From: Maribacter sp. | GTDB taxonomy: Bacteria > Bacteroidota > Bacteroidia > Flavobacteriales > Flavobacteriaceae | NCBI GenBank assembly: GCA_029287355.1 | Contig: JARFRH010000054.1 | Location: 10,533 to 74,532, forward strand | Reading direction: 5' to 3' | DNA: 64,000 nt | Program-made: the position numbers and the translations under genes | Notes under the pieces: model-generated | The model's database searches: none | What the model was told of the DNA's origin: nothing | Seen by the model: the letters and a program-made list of their open reading frames with translations, nothing else | Shown: piece by piece, positions 57,893 to 64,000 of the stretch | Layout: the number at the start of each line of letters is the position of its first letter | Position numbering within the stretch: position 1 is the first letter of the stretch

Positions 57893-59536
57893 TTATTCAA
57901 TAATAAGCACCCATGGATTTTCATTGGGTGCTTTGAATTTATTCACTTTAGTCTTACCCATTTTCTTGATTTCTCCAGTTTTTGGATTCGCCCATTGATA
58001 ATTCAAATCGGCACGAAGGTGTTCTATTTCAATTGTACCTCCCTTATTCAAATAGGAGATGTACAGTTCTCCTTCTTTGGCCAAGAGAGGCATTCCATTT
58101 GCCAAGTCCCAACGTTTTTCTATGTCGGAGACATCGAGGCCCTTTAATATTTTCCCAACCAATCCTGCATATCTGGAACCTTCCATATCCATAGCTTCTC
58201 TCCAAGAAGTTGGTTGATCTGTCCAAGCGGGCCAACCCTCTTCTGTTGAACTGATTTTCCATTGCCAAAGTGTAGCCGCACCGTAAACAATTCCCATCGT
58301 ACCGCCATGCATCAATTGCATCCATGCTTCTTCTCCTTGCCACCAACCTAAGCCGTTTTTACCATTATTCATACCCTCATAAGTTGGTTCGCCATTTGCG
58401 ACCGCCTTAATCGGTAGATTATCGTACATGCGCTTGACCTTATGAAACAAGTGCTCGTTGTCATGCCCCGTTTGTGCCCATTGAAAATCAAGCCAAATCG
58501 CATCTTGAAAGGTTTTATTATAATGAAAGCAATGTGAATTATCGCCGTCGGCCCAAGGGGCTAAATAGTCATCACATGGGTTATAGTGAATCCCTGTTGG
58601 CTGATTATAACAATCCCATTCTTCTAACATCTCCCCACTTTCAAGAATACCCGGATCTTTGCCGTTATGATCTCCTCCCAAAAGCCAAATGGCAGGTTGA
58701 CTTCCATATCGGGCTAAAAGGTATTTGCAATAACGCACATATTCCTCAGGGTCAACGGTTCTTCCTAAAACGTCCAGGCCTTTCCATCCATAACCATGAA
58801 AAATAGGCTGAAAAACAGGAGCGATTTCATGGGCTATAAGAATATTCACGATTTTATCGTAATACTGAAAGTAGCTAACATTGATTTGGTTGATATGCCC
58901 ATCTGACAAATCATTGAATGCTCTTTTGAATCCTTTTTCGGTATTTCTCGAGTTTGGGCCTTCTGCTTTCATATCGGGCTGTACGGTCATCATTAGCGCA
59001 GTATTGAACCCTTTTAGGTGACGGTCCTTTGCATAGGTATCCACTTGCTCGGTGGTGGCCCTAAATGGAATGGCCCAAGGAGTATCGCCTACAATTAAGA
59101 AAGGTTTCCCAGAATGGTGGATTACATTTCGATGACCTGAGGAGATTTTTAGCAGTCCGTTTTTCAAAAGCTCATTTTGTGAGGTACTGGGAATCGATTT
59201 AAACTGCCCAGATTGACCATTTAAACCTTCATCTTGTGTAATCGAGGCAGCTGATTTCCATGTCCAGACGCTATTGAAATCGGTTGGCGTAAAACGTATT
59301 TTCCAAGTGTTTCCGCCATCCCAAAAGGCAGGGCGAGTTAAAGAACCACCATGTTGATTGGTGAAAACGGCCCATACTTCAACCGCTGTGTAGGCATTAT
59401 CATATTCTGAATTCGATGTTAGCACAATTTCCAGTGTACTCCATTGTTCAACTTGTATCAGAACAGCTTGCGCTTTTATGTTAAGCACGTACATTAATAC
59501 AACTAAAAAAAAGGATGCCTTCATACTATAAATCAA
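57893..59536 (-). CDS. DUF5060 + DUF4038 (apiosidase-like glycoside hydrolase fold) exported protein
   Basis: AFWDGGNTWKIRFTP, GKPFLIVGDTPW, RYGSQPAIWLLGGD, LDFQWAQTGH, NGEPTYE and YGAATLWQW. Confidence 0.8.
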   Translation of the reverse strand: MIYSMKASFFLVVLMYVLNIKAQAVLIQVEQWSTLEIVLTSNSEYDNAYTAVEVWAVFTNQHGGSLTRPAFWDGGNTWKIRFTPTDFNSVWTWKSAASITQDEGLNGQSGQFKSIPSTSQNELLKNGLLKISSGHRNVIHHSGKPFLIVGDTPWAIPFRATTEQVDTYAKDRHLKGFNTALMMTVQPDMKAEGPNSRNTEKGFKRAFNDLSDGHINQINVSYFQYYDKIVNILIAHEIAPVFQPIFHGYGWKGLDVLGRTVDPEEYVRYCKYLLARYGSQPAIWLLGGDHNGKDPGILESGEMLEEWDCYNQPTGIHYNPCDDYLAPWADGDNSHCFHYNKTFQDAIWLDFQWAQTGHDNEHLFHKVKRMYDNLPIKAVANGEPTYEGMNNGKNGLGWWQGEEAWMQLMHGGTMGIVYGAATLWQWKISSTEEGWPAWTDQPTSWREAMDMEGSRYAGLVGKILKGLDVSDIEKRWDLANGMPLLAKEGELYISYLNKGGTIEIEHLRADLNYQWANPKTGEIKKMGKTKVNKFKAPNENPWVLIIE

Positions 59537-59578
59537 ATAAATCGATTAGCATGAAGTTAAGAAAAAATACCGTTGTTA

Positions 59579-59812
59579 CTAACCTGAAAAAGGCATGGTT
59601 TTCCATATGGTAATAGCAATATCATCTTCGGGCACTGGATATTGATTTCCTGCTAACAAGCGGTAAAAAAGTAAAGCCGACTCCCTTTTTATTTTATCGA
59701 TAAGCAATCTCTCATCGATTTCACCACTTTCTTGATGCCAGGTAAAAATGGAATTTTGTTCAATCTGAATAAGGCGATGTTTCGCAGTAAATTGGGCAAT
59801 GTAGGTAGTCAT
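59579..59812 (-). CDS. Small hypothetical protein downstream of lepA
   Basis: 77-aa ATG-initiated ORF filling the gap, co-oriented with both neighbours; globular-looking composition. Confidence 0.7.
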   Translation of the reverse strand: MTTYIAQFTAKHRLIQIEQNSIFTWHQESGEIDERLLIDKIKRESALLFYRLLAGNQYPVPEDDIAITIWKTMPFSG

Positions 59813-59938
59813 TTGGTTTGGGAGGTATAAAAGTTATTTGCCTTCCCAAAGTATAAAAAACTATTCTGATAAAACAAAAAATGTAGGAAAAATCTATTTA
59901 TCTGTTGCGAAACATAGTTAAAATCAAGGTATGGGAAA

Positions 59939-61735
59939 CTAATCGTTCAACTTCAGCACCGCCATAAACGCCTCTTGAGGCACTTCTACGTTACCCACTT
60001 GACGCATACGTTTCTTCCCCTTTTTTTGCTTTTCCAAAAGTTTCCGTTTACGAGAGATATCACCTCCGTAACATTTTGCGGTAACATCTTTTCGTAAGGC
60101 TTTTGTGGTTTCTCTAGAAATAATCTTAGCTCCAATAGCGGCTTGAATAGGAATATCAAACTGTTGTCGGGGAATTAATTCTTTAAGTTTCTCACACATT
60201 TTTTTACCGATATTAACCGCATTATCGGCATGAATCAAGGCGGACAATGCATCAACAGGCTGGCCGTTCAAAAGGATATCGACACGAACCAGTTTTGAGG
60301 TTCGCATACCGATAGGCGTATAATCAAAAGAGGCATAGCCTTTTGAAACCGTTTTTAAACGGTCATAGAAATCAAAAACGATCTCGGCCAATGGCATATC
60401 GAAATTTAGTTCGACACGCTCGGTAGTCAAATAGGTCTGATTGGTGATTTGTCCTCTTTTTTCAATACACAAGGACATCACATTACCTACAAAATCAGAT
60501 TTGGTAATAATCGTGGCCTTGATATAGGGTTCCTCTACTCGATCAATACTCGACGGGTCTGGTAAATCCGTCGGATTATTTACGATTAATGGAGTATCCG
60601 GATTTTTTCTGGTAAACGCATGGTAACTCACGTTGGGTACCGTAGTGATAACGGTCATATTAAATTCTCGTTCTAAACGCTCTTGAATGATTTCCATATG
60701 GAGCATTCCGAGAAAACCACAACGGAATCCGAAGCCAAGGGCAGCACTACTTTCAGGAGTGAACACCAAAGAAGCGTCATTTAGTTGCAGCTTCTCCATA
60801 GAAGAACGTAACTCTTCAAATTCTTCGGTATCAACAGGGTAAATTCCGGCAAAAACCATTGGTTTCACGTCCTCAAAACCAGCGATGGCGTTTTGGGTAG
60901 GCTGAGCAGCATCGGTAATGGTATCACCTACTTTTACTTCTCGAGCGTCCTTAATACCCGTAATTAAATAACCAACATCGCCGGCTTTGATGCTTTGTTT
61001 GACTTGCTGAGTTAATTTCAATGTTCCTACTTCATCCGCAAAATAGTCTTTGTCGGTAGCAACGAATTTAATTTTTTGTCCTTTTTTGATTTCCCCATTA
61101 ATAACTCGAAAATAGGTTTCTACCCCTCGAAAAGGGTTGTAAACAGAATCAAAAACAAGGGCCTGTAACGATTCATTAAGATTACCCTCTGGGGCAGGAA
61201 TACGCTCGATAATGGCCTTGAGTATTTCTTCAATACCAATACCTGTTTTTGCACTTGCCGGAATCACTTCTTCTGGATCGCAACCTAAAAGATCAACAAT
61301 ATCATCGGTAACCTCTTCAGGGTTGGCGCTCGGCAGATCGACCTTGTTTAAAATTGGTATAATCGTTAAGTCATTCTCAAGGGCCAAATATAAATTTGAA
61401 ATGGTCTGCGCTTGTATACTCTGTGCGGCATCAACGACCAAAAGAGCTCCTTCACATGCAGCGATAGACCGAGAAACTTCGTATGAAAAATCGACATGGC
61501 CAGGAGTATCAATCAAGTTCAGAACATATTCTTGACCTTGATATGTATACTCCATTTGAATCGCATGGCTTTTAATGGTGATGCCGCGCTCTCGTTCCAA
61601 ATCCATACTGTCAAGCAATTGTTCTTTCTGTTCTCTCTCCGTAACAGCACCAGTAAATTCCAACAGCCTGTCGGCCAGGGTGCTTTTACCATGATCGATA
61701 TGGGCAATAATACAGAAATTTCGAATATGCTTCAT
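59939..61735 (-). CDS. lepA: Elongation factor 4
   Basis: [40 protein letters not shown] and [18 protein letters not shown]. Confidence 0.98.
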   Translation of the reverse strand: MKHIRNFCIIAHIDHGKSTLADRLLEFTGAVTEREQKEQLLDSMDLERERGITIKSHAIQMEYTYQGQEYVLNLIDTPGHVDFSYEVSRSIAACEGALLVVDAAQSIQAQTISNLYLALENDLTIIPILNKVDLPSANPEEVTDDIVDLLGCDPEEVIPASAKTGIGIEEILKAIIERIPAPEGNLNESLQALVFDSVYNPFRGVETYFRVINGEIKKGQKIKFVATDKDYFADEVGTLKLTQQVKQSIKAGDVGYLITGIKDAREVKVGDTITDAAQPTQNAIAGFEDVKPMVFAGIYPVDTEEFEELRSSMEKLQLNDASLVFTPESSAALGFGFRCGFLGMLHMEIIQERLEREFNMTVITTVPNVSYHAFTRKNPDTPLIVNNPTDLPDPSSIDRVEEPYIKATIITKSDFVGNVMSLCIEKRGQITNQTYLTTERVELNFDMPLAEIVFDFYDRLKTVSKGYASFDYTPIGMRTSKLVRVDILLNGQPVDALSALIHADNAVNIGKKMCEKLKELIPRQQFDIPIQAAIGAKIISRETTKALRKDVTAKCYGGDISRKRKLLEKQKKGKKRMRQVGNVEVPQEAFMAVLKLND

Positions 61736-61760
61736 AAATTCTACTCCTCATTTAGCGCTG

Positions 61761-61768
61761 CAAAGATA
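61761..61768 (-). promoter_or_regulatory. -7 promoter element for lepA
   Basis: Minus strand reads TATCTTTG, 25 nt upstream of the lepA ATG. Confidence 0.65.
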
Positions 61769-61883
61769 GCGCAAAATATAGAGGCGCCCATTACATGCTA
61801 GCTACTATATGAATCATCAATGCGGACAAATCAAATTCGACACTCTGAGACAAACTGTGTAAGATATTTCAGCTTTATTGTGT

Positions 61884-61910
61884 TATGTTTGTAACTAGTC
61901 TAGGCTAGTT
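61884..61910 (+). promoter_or_regulatory. -7 promoter element plus adjacent operator-like palindrome
   Basis: TATGTTTG (61884-91), then AACTAG-TCTAGG-CTAGTT (61893-910), ending 1 nt before the ATG. Confidence 0.55.
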
Positions 61911-61911
61911 C

Positions 61912-64000
61912 ATGAAAATTTTCTTCATTTTTCTTGTGTTCGTTATGTGTTCGTCGATAGCCCTGTCCCAAGAATACAGACTTTCAGGTGCTGTTGAGAA
62001 TACTGAAAGCATTCCTATAATCTATGCCAACGTACTGCTTTTAAAAACATCGGATTCTACGGTTTTAAAGGGAACATCTACCGATGAAAAAGGAAATTTT
62101 TATATCGATGGTGTTACGATGGGGAAGTACTTTTTAGTTGCCAGTTATATCAAAAACACTTCAGAATATTTAACTATTGATGTTGCAGCTGACACAAATG
62201 TGGGTGTCTTGTTAATTGATGAAACAACCGAGAATTTGGATGAGGTGGTTGTAACCTATCAAAAACCAAAATGGGAACGCAAGGTAGATCGTTTGGTTTT
62301 CAATGTTGCCAATACCGCTCTTTCGGACGGCAGTATTTGGGACCTTCTTAAACATACGCCAAGTGTGACTGAAATCCAAGGTGTTTTGACCGTCAAGGGG
62401 AGTAGTGATATTACAGTGATGATCAATAGCCGAAAGATAAACCTTCCCAAATCCGACATTATTAATTTGCTTTCAGGTGCCTCTGCTAGCAGTGTTGAAT
62501 CCATTGAGGTCATTACGAACCCACCTTCAAAATATAGCGCTGAAGGGGGAATGTTAATTGATATTAAAATGAGTAAAACCCTCATTTCTGGCTATAATGG
62601 AGCTCTTTTCAATCAATACCGGCAAGGGGTTTTTGCTAAGCACACCTTAGGCACTGATCATTATTTTAAAGGAAAGAAAACAGGTTTTTCGGTAAACTAT
62701 AGTTTTAATAAAGATAAATGGCTCACAAGGTATACCGATGTCACAAATTTTGCCGAAAATGGCTCCATATCTTCTGTTTGGACCGCGAATCAGGATCGGG
62801 TACTTCGAAGAAATCGGCATAATTTGAGTGCTTTTTTTGATTATCGGATGAATGATAATAATGCCCTGAGCTTTTCAACTATAAATACATTTAATCCAAA
62901 GGTAGATCGATTAGACGATTCACAAACCGTAATCGATAATAGGAGTGGTAATGAGCCTTCTAGTTTCAATACGAGTAATATTTCAGACCTGAAACGAATG
63001 AATACTTCTTTTTACGGGGACTGGATCCATAAATTAAAGAAAAAAGGCGCAGAATTTTCGATAGGTTCCCATTATACCTTTTACGATTCAGATCAGGGTC
63101 AAGATGTACAGACTGATTTTTTGGATATGAATGGAGCCCTTACAGGCGAGAACGATTTTACTACGCTTTCACAACAAAAGATCAATTTATATAGCGTACA
63201 AACTGATTATAGCACCCCTGTCGGGAAAGCCTCTCGATTTGAAACAGGTTTGCGCTATGCCGGGATCATGTCAAGAAATACCATTTCTCAAGAAGGGTTT
63301 GACAGAAATCAATCTGGCATTAACCCGACAGAGGCAGGAACTTTTGATTACGACGAATCGATTTATGCGGCTTATATGAGTTTCAATGGCAAATGGAATG
63401 ATTGGCGTTTGAGTTCAGGAATTAGAGCAGAGCAAACAGAAACCAAAGGAAAACTCGACATCAATACCATAGCAAATACCAATTCTTATTTGGAGTTTTT
63501 CCCGTCTATTTCACTGCAGTATTTGAAAGGAGATAAGCATGAGTATTCTTTTAGATACTACCGCCGAATAACACGACCGAGATATAACAACATCAATCCA
63601 TTTCAATTTTTTCAAAGTAATAATGTGGTAGCAGAGGGAAACCCCGATCTACTTCCTAGTATAAGAACACGATTCGCTTTAGGGTATACTTATGACAACA
63701 CCTATACACTAGAATTTATTTATGATAATAATGAGAACCAGTTCAGTGAGTTGGTCTTTCAAGATAATGAGGCCAATTTATTACGTTTCATAAGCTCGAA
63801 TCTAGAAAGCAGTTACAGTTATGGACTTGATTTTACATTCAACAAGGACATCACCAATTTCTGGAATAGCTATGTACTCGCAACCTATTTCTTCAAAAAG
63901 GATGGTTTTAACGATTTAAGCTCTGGTCAATTAATTGAGAACTCCATAGGTACTTGGATAGCACGTACCAATCAGAGTTTTACTTTATTTGCCGATAGAA
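61912..64000 (+). CDS. TonB-dependent-receptor-like outer-membrane beta-barrel protein (partial, runs off the window)
   Basis: Not in the ORF track because it has no stop in the window. Reads MKIFFIFLVF...YANVLLL...GTSTDEKGNF...LDEVVV...DRLVFNV...IEVITNPPSKYSAEG (carboxypeptidase-regulatory-like domain plus plug). Confidence 0.88.
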   Translation, partial: MKIFFIFLVFVMCSSIALSQEYRLSGAVENTESIPIIYANVLLLKTSDSTVLKGTSTDEKGNFYIDGVTMGKYFLVASYIKNTSEYLTIDVAADTNVGVLLIDETTENLDEVVVTYQKPKWERKVDRLVFNVANTALSDGSIWDLLKHTPSVTEIQGVLTVKGSSDITVMINSRKINLPKSDIINLLSGASASSVESIEVITNPPSKYSAEGGMLIDIKMSKTLISGYNGALFNQYRQGVFAKHTLGTDHYFKGKKTGFSVNYSFNKDKWLTRYTDVTNFAENGSISSVWTANQDRVLRRNRHNLSAFFDYRMNDNNALSFSTINTFNPKVDRLDDSQTVIDNRSGNEPSSFNTSNISDLKRMNTSFYGDWIHKLKKKGAEFSIGSHYTFYDSDQGQDVQTDFLDMNGALTGENDFTTLSQQKINLYSVQTDYSTPVGKASRFETGLRYAGIMSRNTISQEGFDRNQSGINPTEAGTFDYDESIYAAYMSFNGKWNDWRLSSGIRAEQTETKGKLDINTIANTNSYLEFFPSISLQYLKGDKHEYSFRYYRRITRPRYNNINPFQFFQSNNVVAEGNPDLLPSIRTRFALGYTYDNTYTLEFIYDNNENQFSELVFQDNEANLLRFISSNLESSYSYGLDFTFNKDITNFWNSYVLATYFFKKDGFNDLSSGQLIENSIGTWIARTNQSFTLFADR

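Noticed and set aside
1..64000. CRISPR arrays, rRNA, prophage, transposases, defence systems, known riboswitches
   Set aside because: No spaced direct-repeat array or diagnostic motif was seen by eye; an Rfam or DefenseFinder run would be needed to exclude them formally.

Overview
Chromosomal window from a Flavobacteriaceae (Bacteroidota) genome, judged from its T9SS cargo/PorP pair, TAnnTTTG promoters and gene content. It opens with a 4585-aa SprB-like adhesin carrying a type B T9SS C-terminal domain, followed by its PorP/SprF partner. Core genes follow: folB, tRNA-Cys, lysE-family, DUF2807, rnr (interrupted by one in-frame TAA), rpiB, a CDF transporter and an ElaA-type GNAT. The 610-bp AT-rich rnr-rpiB spacer has the architecture of a replication origin. 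A ~20-kb accessory-looking catabolic block (22.7-42.3 kb) carries several palindromic REP-like elements. It is followed by S41 peptidase, rnpA, a GCS2-ligase-CBS plus M14 deacylase pair, M1 and S8 peptidases, SulP/USP, a CPA1 antiporter, lepA and a truncated outer-membrane barrel. No phage, transposase, CRISPR or rRNA was seen. The best candidates for undescribed biology are the CBS-fused ligase/deacylase pair with an upstream Crp/Fnr-geometry palindrome, an unannotated 39-aa membrane protein in a MatB-like ligase/SSS operon, the putative oriC, the split rnr and a ~580-620-aa super-repeat in the adhesin. All family calls come from reading motifs by eye; no searches were run.
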